Source of the DNA: a virus
Taxonomy: Duplodnaviria > Caudoviricetes
Length of the DNA: 64,000 nt
Strand: one strand, 5' to 3'
IMG/VR virus record: IMGVR_UViG_3300031707_001866
Location: 1,240 to 65,239 of that record
Shown here in pieces: positions 10,041-20,100 of this stretch (position 1 is its first letter; each line of letters begins with the position of its first letter). The notes below the pieces were generated by a model. It was not told the origin of the DNA. It worked only from the letters and a program-made list of their open reading frames with translations, and did no database searches. Made by a program: the position numbers and the translations under genes.

Positions 10041-10575
10041 CTTTTATATAAAGTGCGATTACAACCAACTATTAATAAACTATAAAAAAGGGGCTACTAC
10101 TTTTTACCGCCTGTGGGCTTTAAGCGACGATATAATGAGAATATGGATAACAGCATACCGCAAACAACTAGCACCTCATCAAAGGACAAGTGAATTAGCC
10201 CTTAGTATGGGTGGTAGTTATGAAGTGGATGTCAATGAACCATTAAGAATGTTTACGATTAAACTTTTGAGAGTGTCTGATTTGCCTCCTTATTGGGCTA
10301 TGTTGAATTGGGGTTCGGCCAATACTAATGCCGCTTATTTTTACGATTTTTTAATACATACTAATCCACAGACCGGACAAAAAGGCAGACTTATACCTGG
10401 AGACAGGGGCACTGGAGCAAAAGGAACGCCAATGGAGTATAAACCGGGCGAAAAAAATACAGAAAACCCTATGTGGGTAACTCATCAGATAAAAGGAATT
10501 AATTGGATTAAATACGGCGATGACGAAGCAATAGCAAAAGTAGAACAACTTTTCCTGGAATTAGGAGTGATATAA
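10033..10575 (+). CDS. Probable neck/tail completion protein (HK97 gp10-like position)
   Basis: APHQRTSELA..S and PYWAMLNWG motifs; positional. Confidence 0.45.
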   Translation: MANFYIKCDYNQLLINYKKGATTFYRLWALSDDIMRIWITAYRKQLAPHQRTSELALSMGGSYEVDVNEPLRMFTIKLLRVSDLPPYWAMLNWGSANTNAAYFYDFLIHTNPQTGQKGRLIPGDRGTGAKGTPMEYKPGEKNTENPMWVTHQIKGINWIKYGDDEAIAKVEQLFLELGVI

Positions 10576-11076
10576 ATGTCCGCGCAATTAGGTAGAATAA
10601 ATTTAATCAAATACTCTTTTATATATTTTCTAGAAAATCTTTTATTAACTAACTGGGGAAGTTCGGTGGTTAGCGAAGATTATCCCCAGACAAAGGATGC
10701 CGATTTACCGCGCGTGTGCGTGACCGCTAAAATAATTAATCACACGTTCCTAGAAATGGGGACAATGCAAACAATTAAGGTGTATTCGATAAGTTTAGAG
10801 ATTTTTGGCAAGTATAAGGGACAAGATGTTGATATTGCTAACGACATATCACCAGAAACTGGCGGAATATGGACTACAATAAGTTTAATTGACTTTAATA
10901 CCGCTATGCCTAAACTAAAGTCGGGAGCGAGCAATCCTGCGTTTAACGCAACTACTCAAAAGGTAGGTAGTTTTACAGTAGAAACTTGCGATATAGAACC
11001 TCTAGATTTGGGTTCTGATGTCGCTGAAATAGATAAGTATAGGACGAACATATATATAACAGTAAAGGAAGATTAA
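10576..11076 (+). CDS. Probable tail terminator
   Basis: Directly precedes the major tail gene; YP...LPRV pattern. Confidence 0.5.
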   Translation: MSAQLGRINLIKYSFIYFLENLLLTNWGSSVVSEDYPQTKDADLPRVCVTAKIINHTFLEMGTMQTIKVYSISLEIFGKYKGQDVDIANDISPETGGIWTTISLIDFNTAMPKLKSGASNPAFNATTQKVGSFTVETCDIEPLDLGSDVAEIDKYRTNIYITVKED

Positions 11077-11098
11077 ACTAAAAAGGTGGTGAAATTAA

Positions 11099-12478
11099 AT
11101 GAGTGAAGAACTTTATGTCAAACATAGTAGATATGGTGTAATTACCATACCTAACAATCCTTCGGTGGTTTACAATACCGACATCAATGAATGGTGCTTA
11201 CAGAGGGTTCAGAGTGTGGCTATAGGCGGTGATATGCCTACCATAGAATTTAAGGAGTTTGGAAGAGCCGGGAAGAAGAAAATAGCTTCTGTTTCCAGCG
11301 TTCCAGTTTCTATAAAATTTAATGAGTTTGGAAAAATAAAGCATTGGGCTTTATTTTCTGGACAAGACCCTGACACTACTCAAGAAGTGATGGCTGGCGC
11401 AGACCCTGATGACGGTTCTGACGGAGATTTTACTAATGAAACCTGTGATTTTGTGGCTATGAAGAAAAATTCCGCAGGGACTATTATAGAAGGGGTATTT
11501 GTGCAGCGTGTTGCTGTAGGTGGTTTTGATATTACTATTCCATCTGGAAATGAGAAGATGGAAGTAACAGTAAATGGAACTGGCAGAGCCAAGAGTTGGG
11601 TTGCCAATACTTCCAAATATGTAGTAAGAGAAAGCCACGATGTCACCAATACTGATGATACCAACGGATACTTTGATTGTGCTTTAGAGGCTACTGCACT
11701 TGACCATCCGTCAGGTAAGTATACTTTAAGAGTGTCAAAAGTAGCAAAGGTTAGTGGGGTTGTGGATTTATCTACTCAGGTTGACTTAGTAGAAGGAACT
11801 GATTATACTTGTTCAATAGTCTCGAACAAACTAAGGCTTACCGAAGCCGGAACGAATACTTGGGATTACACAGGAGCAACGACTTACGAGATAGTAGCAG
11901 TCACCTACACCGTCTCCAGCGATGCAGGAAATGCTAATATTTGTAGTTTTGCTAATGTAGACGACACGAATCCGTATTTGATTACAGGTAAACAAATTGA
12001 AACATTTATAGTCAGCGATGGTAATTTAGCCACTATTAAGGCAGCCATTTATGGTAGTCAGATTAGCGCAATTGCGAATGTATATAGAGTAAAAGCCTCT
12101 AATGTAAGTGTATCTTTCTCCAGAGAGGACTTATATCAGCAGGGCGATGAAAATACATTTGCCAGACCGTCTAATGATGCTACCGCCACGATGACGTTAG
12201 ATAAATTTGAAACCGACCTAACTACGTTGGCTATTTTGACCGGAACTTCTGCGGCCACAGTTAAGAGTTTAAGGTTAAGTGATTTCTTAACCAACCTTAA
12301 TGTAGTAGTCGTAATTTACGACGACGCAGACCACACTAATATTCTTGCCAGGTATATAATGGAAGATATTCGTGTATCAGGTCAAAGTATGGACGGAGAT
12401 GTTGGTTCAGTATTCAATGCCGGTTTTACAATAGAGGCTGATAACTTCTATGTGTATGATACTGGTCTTGGAAGTTAA
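11099..12478 (+). CDS. Probable major tail tube protein
   Basis: Acidic beta-rich 459 aa, strong RBS, 3' hairpin, followed by chaperone pair and tape measure. Confidence 0.65.
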   Translation: MSEELYVKHSRYGVITIPNNPSVVYNTDINEWCLQRVQSVAIGGDMPTIEFKEFGRAGKKKIASVSSVPVSIKFNEFGKIKHWALFSGQDPDTTQEVMAGADPDDGSDGDFTNETCDFVAMKKNSAGTIIEGVFVQRVAVGGFDITIPSGNEKMEVTVNGTGRAKSWVANTSKYVVRESHDVTNTDDTNGYFDCALEATALDHPSGKYTLRVSKVAKVSGVVDLSTQVDLVEGTDYTCSIVSNKLRLTEAGTNTWDYTGATTYEIVAVTYTVSSDAGNANICSFANVDDTNPYLITGKQIETFIVSDGNLATIKAAIYGSQISAIANVYRVKASNVSVSFSREDLYQQGDENTFARPSNDATATMTLDKFETDLTTLAILTGTSAATVKSLRLSDFLTNLNVVVVIYDDADHTNILARYIMEDIRVSGQSMDGDVGSVFNAGFTIEADNFYVYDTGLGS

Positions 12479-12496
12479 TATAAAATTTAATTGCGA

Positions 12497-12520
12497 GCGA
12501 GGGGGAGAAATCCTCCTCGC
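12497..12520 (+). terminator. GAAA-capped hairpin after major tail gene
   Basis: GCGAGGGGGA-GAAA-TCCTCCTCGC, no U tract. Confidence 0.65.
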
Positions 12521-12540
12521 CACAATATTGAGAGGACGAT

Positions 12541-12792
12541 ATGAGAATAAAGGAAAGGATAGGACGGGTTTTCACTAGATTAGTGGCAAATGTTTTAAGC
12601 ACCTTAGACTTGGTATTAAAGGATAAGGTTGACAGTTCTGTCCTTCACGCACTCAAAGCATCTATACGCGAAAGTATATATTTGTTTGAGAAAGAAATGG
12701 TGAAGGACATCTTATTTACAGAGTTAAAAGATATAGATATTCAGAATGAGATAAAAAAAGAAAGGGAGGAACACGATGGAACCGAAAGATAA
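12541..12792 (+). CDS. Hypothetical protein
   Basis: 83 aa ORF with GAGAGGA RBS. Confidence 0.6.
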   Translation: MRIKERIGRVFTRLVANVLSTLDLVLKDKVDSSVLHALKASIRESIYLFEKEMVKDILFTELKDIDIQNEIKKEREEHDGTER

Positions 12793-13438
12793 TTCAGGCG
12801 TTGATAAAATTAAACAGGAATTAGGTATTGCTAATGTAGAAAGTCTATTTAATAGTGCGTATATTGAGGTGGTTATTCCGGGTGATGACATTAAATACAG
12901 ACTAAAAAAACCGGCTTTAAAAGAAATGAAGATTGCTGAGAAGAAAAAAGCCGACAGATTTTCTTTGCTTTTACAGGATAAAAATGTTCTAAGCATTAAG
13001 CAAATTGTTTCTTTACTGGAAGAAAGAGAAATGATTTCTAAGGAAGAAACTAAAACATACAAAGAAGACCAGGATAAGTATGTAGAATTAATGAAGGAAC
13101 TGGCACAGATAAAAACACCAGAAGCAGAACTAATAGACAAGTATAAAGACCAAATTAGAATGGTTGTTGCCAGAATGAAAATCTACGATGGTAAAATACA
13201 AAACTATGTTGTAAACTCTTTGGAGTATCAAATAAAGTTAGAGTATGATATGTGGATTTGTTTTTTATGTTCGGAGAAGTTAGACGGCACATTTTGGCGG
13301 CCAGTGTGGAACTCTTTTGATGAGTTTAACGCCGACGAAGACAGGGGCTTTGAGTTTATTCAGCAATATTACGCGTATCAAGGTGATATAACGGATTTTA
13401 TATTAGGGGGTTGGCTAAATCCTCAAAGTGGCGTCTAA
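12776..13438 (+). CDS. Tail assembly chaperone (G-like)
   Basis: Between tail tube and tape measure; overlaps a -1 frame ORF. Confidence 0.65.
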   Translation: MEPKDNSGVDKIKQELGIANVESLFNSAYIEVVIPGDDIKYRLKKPALKEMKIAEKKKADRFSLLLQDKNVLSIKQIVSLLEEREMISKEETKTYKEDQDKYVELMKELAQIKTPEAELIDKYKDQIRMVVARMKIYDGKIQNYVVNSLEYQIKLEYDMWICFLCSEKLDGTFWRPVWNSFDEFNADEDRGFEFIQQYYAYQGDITDFILGGWLNPQSGV

Positions 13439-13758
13439 GATATATAGCAATGAAAGATTTAGGCGTTCCATTTAAGCCAATTTCCCGGTGGTCTTTTTTA
13501 GAGGATAGGTTATTCTTTTGGTTGCATTACTACGACAACGCCTATCAACTATTAAGCACCGAAGAATTTCTTGACAACGCAGTGATAGATGACGACATAA
13601 GATTAGACGCGTTTTTTATTTACTTTTCTGATAAAGAAGACGAAAAAAAAGAAGAAAGAATTAAAGATGATAAAGGCAGAGATTTGAACAGTAGGCACAA
13701 TTTTAAAAATATGCAAGAACTTTCTGATATAAATATTTCAGAAAAAATTGGTGGGTGA
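13387..13758 (+). CDS. Tail assembly chaperone extension (GT-like, via -1 frameshift)
   Basis: -1 frame open from 13387, no good ATG/RBS at its start, slippery G GAT TTT at 13393-13399. Confidence 0.6.
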   Translation, partial: YNGFYIRGLAKSSKWRLRYIAMKDLGVPFKPISRWSFLEDRLFFWLHYYDNAYQLLSTEEFLDNAVIDDDIRLDAFFIYFSDKEDEKKEERIKDDKGRDLNSRHNFKNMQELSDINISEKIGG

Positions 13759-16457
13759 TTTTAGTGGCATTACGAGAAAGAATGACAGATTTTATAACCA
13801 GGTTTATAGCCATAGACCAGACATCCGTTGTCTATGACCAATTAGGTATTAAGGCCAAGACATTAGGTAGAAACATCGTTCCAGCCAATGTTGGTTTAGA
13901 AACTTTTGGTGATAAATCCAAGAAAGCCGCTGCTGGAGCACAAACGTTAAGTTCGGCTATGGGTAAAGTTGTTACTTGGGGAATAGTCACAGGTATTGTA
14001 TACGGAACAATTAAAGCTCTAAAACAGCAAGTAGATGCTATGCGAGAAGTGGAATATGAAATAGCTCGCATTAAAATATTGACCAACGAATCTCAAGAAA
14101 CTTATGATAATTTACGCAATAAAGTTTTTGAATTGGCCTCGGCTTATGGAACAATAGCTACAGAGGTTGTTAAAGGAATCAAGATTTGGGTTCAGCAGGG
14201 AAAAAGTATCAAGGAATCTCTGGCACTGGCCGAGACTGCTTTAATTGGGGTAAATGTAACTGGTTTATCTAATACTGAAATAGTTGAAGATATGACCGCC
14301 GGTTTATTGGCTTTTAATATAGAATCTGATAAATCAATTTCTCTTTTAGATAAATGGGTAAAAGTGGCCGACAAAACTGCTATAGAAATGAATACAATAG
14401 CTGATGCAACTAAACGTTCGGCTGCTTCGGCGGCTTTAGTCGGTTTAACAATAGACGAGTTGAATGGTCTAATCGCGGCAATGGGTGAGTCTACTCGTAT
14501 GACCGGCGAACAAATAGGGACGTCTCTAAAAACTATTCTACCCAAGTTATTTACAGACAAAGCAATTAAAACATTAAAAGATATAGCCGGAGTAAACGTT
14601 TACACAGATAAAACCAGGACTTCTTATAAAAGTATGGGGTCTATTTTATCCGAATTATCCGTTAAATGGGACTCTTTTAATAATAAACAAAAAACCGATA
14701 TTATGTTAAAGGCCGTAGGGGTTAGACAGGGAAATAATTTTGTCGTGATGATGAACCACTATGACAAAGCTATTGAGGCTTCAATAGCCTCCTTAACCTC
14801 TCAAGGTTGGGCACTTAGAGCCAATAATATATTAATGAATACGCAGAAGAAAGGCGTAGGGGTTTTAATGGCCGAATTGCAGTTATTGGGTAAAACAATT
14901 TCGGATTTAGGTGCGTATGAAATTTTAGGTGGATTTGTTAAGGGACTTACAGAAACTAGTGTTGCGGCCAACAAACTGATTAAAATTATAGGGCAGCTTA
15001 CTGATAAATTTATTGGATTAAAGGACGCTTCTGTGTTTATAGTTGGTCTGGGCGGAAGTATTGCTGGCGCGGCTACTCTTTTAAGCGGGCATCCTATCTT
15101 AGCTGTTTTAAGTATACTGATTACTATAATAACAGAAATAGGAATAGCAAAAAGTCAAACTGATAAACTAAAGCAGGCAATAGACGGCTTGAATAAATCA
15201 TTTGAAAACAGTAAAAGCGTTCAATCCGATATAGTAATAATTATGGAACAACTAGTTAAACAGTATAAAGATTATCTGGACGCTATAGGAGCCAACGAGC
15301 CAACAGAAAAGCAAACCAGACAAATAGAGAGGTTTAAAAAAGCTATTAAAGAACTTCAAGATAGATACCCCAGTATTTTTGCTAAATCTATGTTTGTTAT
15401 TAATGAGGCCGATTTACAAAAAACTATAGATTCTTTGGATAAGCTGAAAAATATTTTAAAAACAGCGGAAGTTACCGCGCAGATAAAAAATGCTGAAAAT
15501 GAATTAGAGCATTTAGGTGATGCGGCCACTAGTAGTTATAATAAGGCTGCTGAGGCTTATAAAAAATATCAAGAGTCATTGGCTTTGCCTGAGGATAAAC
15601 GAGAAGAGTATATAAAAAACAATGAGAAAGTTCTTTCCAAAATTTTTAACTTTTTTGGCGCTAAACTCCCGATAAAGACTGGTGTTGATGATTTAAAAGT
15701 AGCATACGAATTGCTTAATGCAGAGAATGAGCGAACTACTTTAGAGTATGAAAAGCAGAAACAGGTAGTGGAGGCGTTGTATCGGCTTCTTTTTGACATC
15801 GGGGTTATAGCTGAAAAGACTGTTCCGACAAAATCATCAGAAGAGTTGTCAGTAATAGCAAAATATTGGGAAGATATAGGAAACTCTATAGATGATAAAA
15901 TAATTAATGGTATTGAAAACATAATCGATAAAACAGGAACTTGGGCTGATTTATTAAAAGATGTTGGATTACTAATCAGAAAAGAATTAATAGAAGGGTT
16001 GGTGAAGAGTGCTGGTATATCTGGGATGATAACTAAATCCTTACAAAACATTGGGTTGTCCCCGATAACCGCAGTTAGTGACGTTACTGATAAGACAGTA
16101 ATTCAGGGATTGGGGGCAGGTAAGAAGGGCGCGGGGGCAGGGATATTGGGTTCTTTAGGCTCGTTAATAGCCCCTTTAATGCTCACTATGGGTATAATGC
16201 AGATGACTGGACTATCAGATTTATTCGGTAAAGGGCGTGGGCATTTCGATGTAAACTCTGCTGACATATCCGTAGACGAAGTAAATTTATACGCTAAAAG
16301 AGTGGTTCCTATCGGTTGGTTTAGCGGGTCAACCCTTATACCTAAAACAGTTATTCATACCACACTAGACGTCAATGTAAAAGGAACCGATAATTTAGTG
16401 AGGGTCACAGCAGATAGGGCAAATAAAAACTCGCGTATTCAGGAGGAGAGGTTCTAA
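13755..16457 (+). CDS. Tape measure protein (TP901 family core)
   Basis: Helical; ALIGVNVTGL, IGTSLKTI, KSMGSILSELSVKWD; true start may be MTDF a few codons downstream. Confidence 0.9.
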   Translation: MILVALRERMTDFITRFIAIDQTSVVYDQLGIKAKTLGRNIVPANVGLETFGDKSKKAAAGAQTLSSAMGKVVTWGIVTGIVYGTIKALKQQVDAMREVEYEIARIKILTNESQETYDNLRNKVFELASAYGTIATEVVKGIKIWVQQGKSIKESLALAETALIGVNVTGLSNTEIVEDMTAGLLAFNIESDKSISLLDKWVKVADKTAIEMNTIADATKRSAASAALVGLTIDELNGLIAAMGESTRMTGEQIGTSLKTILPKLFTDKAIKTLKDIAGVNVYTDKTRTSYKSMGSILSELSVKWDSFNNKQKTDIMLKAVGVRQGNNFVVMMNHYDKAIEASIASLTSQGWALRANNILMNTQKKGVGVLMAELQLLGKTISDLGAYEILGGFVKGLTETSVAANKLIKIIGQLTDKFIGLKDASVFIVGLGGSIAGAATLLSGHPILAVLSILITIITEIGIAKSQTDKLKQAIDGLNKSFENSKSVQSDIVIIMEQLVKQYKDYLDAIGANEPTEKQTRQIERFKKAIKELQDRYPSIFAKSMFVINEADLQKTIDSLDKLKNILKTAEVTAQIKNAENELEHLGDAATSSYNKAAEAYKKYQESLALPEDKREEYIKNNEKVLSKIFNFFGAKLPIKTGVDDLKVAYELLNAENERTTLEYEKQKQVVEALYRLLFDIGVIAEKTVPTKSSEELSVIAKYWEDIGNSIDDKIINGIENIIDKTGTWADLLKDVGLLIRKELIEGLVKSAGISGMITKSLQNIGLSPITAVSDVTDKTVIQGLGAGKKGAGAGILGSLGSLIAPLMLTMGIMQMTGLSDLFGKGRGHFDVNSADISVDEVNLYAKRVVPIGWFSGSTLIPKTVIHTTLDVNVKGTDNLVRVTADRANKNSRIQEERF

Positions 16458-17095
16458 TGAATTACTTTAGACTAAGTTTTGATGATAATAATGATGGAAT
16501 ATATGAAACAGATATGACATTTACAGTCAATCCTATGGATTACAAATGTTTTAATAAGTCAGCCGGGGTCGTTAGTATTCCATTATTGAAGGGAAACAGC
16601 GTCCAAGATTCTGGGGTAACTTTGGAAGGTTCTATAATAGAGTTAGGGAATGTTTATATGGAGAAAGCAGACTTTGAGACCCTGTATAAACGATATACTT
16701 CTTATATAAGAGAAAGACAGGCTGCGACACCCACCTCTCACGAATATACTTTATCATATTCAGCATTAGAAAAACCCCAGGTTTGGGTGGGGGCTGATAC
16801 TACTGACGACACATCATTAAAGAGAATTGATGATAAGGATTTAACTTGGGACATAACTACGCCCACTAAGATAACATTAACTGCGGGTGCGGTGGCCAAA
16901 GTCTACTTTTATTTTAGGAAAGAACGTAAAGACCTAATCTTAACCGACCATAATTTAGAACAATTTTTATGCACGTGGGTTGATGCACAATTCGACCCGC
17001 GCATATCTCCGTTGGATACTTATTCTTGGACAATGAAATTCATTGTGCTTAAAAAGTTGTATGGAACCTCAACCAATATCGTCAGCACGTCATAA
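16457..17095 (+). CDS. Probable distal tail protein
   Basis: Follows tape measure; FTVNP motif. Confidence 0.5.
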   Translation: MNYFRLSFDDNNDGIYETDMTFTVNPMDYKCFNKSAGVVSIPLLKGNSVQDSGVTLEGSIIELGNVYMEKADFETLYKRYTSYIRERQAATPTSHEYTLSYSALEKPQVWVGADTTDDTSLKRIDDKDLTWDITTPTKITLTAGAVAKVYFYFRKERKDLILTDHNLEQFLCTWVDAQFDPRISPLDTYSWTMKFIVLKKLYGTSTNIVSTS

Positions 17096-17110
17096 TAGGA
17101 GAGGATTTTT

Positions 17111-20100
17111 GTGTTAGATAATACAATAATAGAAGGAATATTAAAGAATAAATATCAGCCAAGACCGGGCGGGGAAATTGACTTTGGAGTTATGACAGCT
17201 AAAGCCAGCCATCAATGGTTATTTGGTATGCAGGATAACGAAGAAGGATGGACATACAGTCCTAATACCACAGCAGATTTTATTTCTAAAGACGGTTATT
17301 TGAACATTTATTTTAATTCCAACGCCGACGCATATATTTTATCACCAGAACAATTAGAAATAGACGGCACTACATACAATCATATTTTAATCAGACTAAA
17401 ATTTGAACCAGGAACATATACAAACCATACTTTTAGCATCAATTGGGTTTTAGATGCCGACGAAGAATTTAATACCAGTATATCAGTTAGCGTGGATACA
17501 ACTGGTCAGGAAGACGGCGAATTTTATGAGTATGATATTGACTTATCCGCCGACAACAATTGGCTCTACAACAGCATACACCAGATAAGATTTGATTTTG
17601 ACGATAGAAGCGAAAAAAATATTTATATTGATTATATACGAGTCCAAAGTAGTAGTGAATCTGTAGGAGATAAGAGTGTCCAGTTGCTTCAAACCGATGG
17701 TTCTATGCCGACTATTTTTAGAGACCATTCAGACAATGTCTGGGCTGCTTGGTTAAAGGCCGTTACTGATGTAGCAGCAACTTCTAAAACTTGGACTACC
17801 GATGCCGACTTTAATACAGGAACTAAATATCAGACTGTATTTGGGAGTAACAAGGTTGTCTTAGACCAAACTGCCCCTAGTGACACACTAGACCAATCGC
17901 AAACATCTTGGGACGCTAGCGGATATTTACAAATGCGCTATAGCACTGCAATAGAATGGAACGCTAATTCCTTTACACCATCCGTCACTGCTAATATTTC
18001 TAAAGTTATTTTAAGATTAGCCAAAATAGGAGTTCCCACAGGAAATATATGGATTACAATAGAGACAGACAATTCTAATAAACCAAGCGGAACCATAGTA
18101 GTTCAATCAGCAAATGTTGACGTGTCTGGACTATCCACTGATACCGTCAATGGGGCGGAAGTCACTTTTACTCTTTCCCCGACTTCCCTGACATCGGGAA
18201 TAAAATATTGGATAAAGTATAACGGTGATTATGCTGAGTCGTCATCTAATCACACGATAATATTTAAAAAAACCAGTATGGGCGCACATTTTGGGTATTA
18301 CGGAAACGGTAGTTTTCATATTCCCTATGACTCAAACTCAGACGCATATTTTAAGGAATATTATTTACCGTCCAGTAATCCCTATTTTTCAAACGGTTAC
18401 ATTGAATTTATTTATGATGCGGGGGCTATTGCAGACTGGTCTACTTATGATTTCTCTGTGGATTTATTGGAACCGGCAAACACTAATATAAAAATAAAAT
18501 GCGCGACTTCCAATGACAATGTTTCTTATTCTGCTTGGAGCGGTTGGTTTGATACTTCGACAGGTAATTTAACCGGGGTTGCAAATAGTCGTTACATCAA
18601 AGTTCAAGTATATTTAGAAACAACTAACACGGCAACTACCCCAACATTAGGGGCACTTACTATTAACATATTGACAGTTCCTACTTACGCCATAAAGTAT
18701 AAAAAATATACTTCTGGTTCTTGGGGAACTGAGACTACTTTAGTAACTGATACAGAAGAGTTCGCCAACAATTTATGTTTATATGAAAACAACTCTAACC
18801 AAATGGAGTTAGTTTACGCATTAGATTCAAATGTTTATAGAACTTATTATAATTCAGGTTGGCAAACCCCGGTAAGTATAGTAACTCACACTTCAGGTGA
18901 TATGAGGTGTTGGGCATTTAAAGGGGCTGATGGGTATGACTATATTTACTATTCGTATGTTTCAGGCGGAGTTTACTACATAAAGTTTAAAAGTAGCGCG
19001 GATAACTACGCCGCAGAAAACTCAGTTTTAAGTTCTACTTCTAAAATTAAAAATATCTGTGTTTATGAGGATGACAAAAATGTAGTGTGGTTGGTATATG
19101 AACTATACATTACTTATACTTTAAAGCCAACATTTGTTCATTTATATTGTAAAAAGTCCATAGATTATGGTGTCACTTGGGGTTCCGCCACAAAAATATC
19201 CTCTACAGAAGAGACTAAGGAAGATTTATGGTTGTGTGGATTAGATAAGTTAGTCGCCTTAGACGATGAAAATAGTTGGGAGACAGTGGTTAATTCTGCG
19301 TCACCATATAAAGGAGAAATGTATCACGGCAAAGTTTATATGGTTGATTCTTTTAAGAGCAGATTAGACGGGATAGTTGCGTCAGACTTTAATAATTTAT
19401 ACAAATTCGATGGGGCTGATTTTTCCACAGAGCACGATTTTAGTGCCGACACCCCCGCAGAAAAAGCCAATGATATAATTATAGCAGATGATTATATATG
19501 GATTCTTGGTGCAGCATATGTGCAAAAGTATGACGGAACAGCCCTAACTAAACTAAACACCGACGTAATTGATTGTGCTAACGAGTCCTATACTTTTGGC
19601 GAGATAGGGTTGTGTTTTGGTGGGCTTCCTATTTATTGTGGTGGGGGAAAAGTTGGTGCTAATGATGGAAAGTATTATAAGTTTATTGACTATGTTGGTT
19701 GGGAAGGATTAATTGGTGTCGCCAATGCGGGTTATCAAATTATGGAATCCTATTACTATGAGGGAGAGCAATATGCAGTTCTATTATTAAAACAGGCAGT
19801 TTGGGGAGAATATTGGAGTTTTGTAATTGGGAAGTTCAATAATTCTACGAGTGCTTTTCCTTTTGATATTATATATAACGACTATAGTTCCACCGGCTAC
19901 AAATATGGCGGGGTTAGTAATTATTTTGTAACTTGCAAGATGCGATTTTTAAACGGGGTTCCTTATCTGTTAATGGTGGGGGGAGATTCCTCTGGGGCAG
20001 TTATTGATTCGCGCGTTTATAATTTAATTGACTATTCAGTGTCAGAAAGTTTAGTCGGGTCTACTTTAAATAACTTTATCAGGACTGTATATGATTGGAA

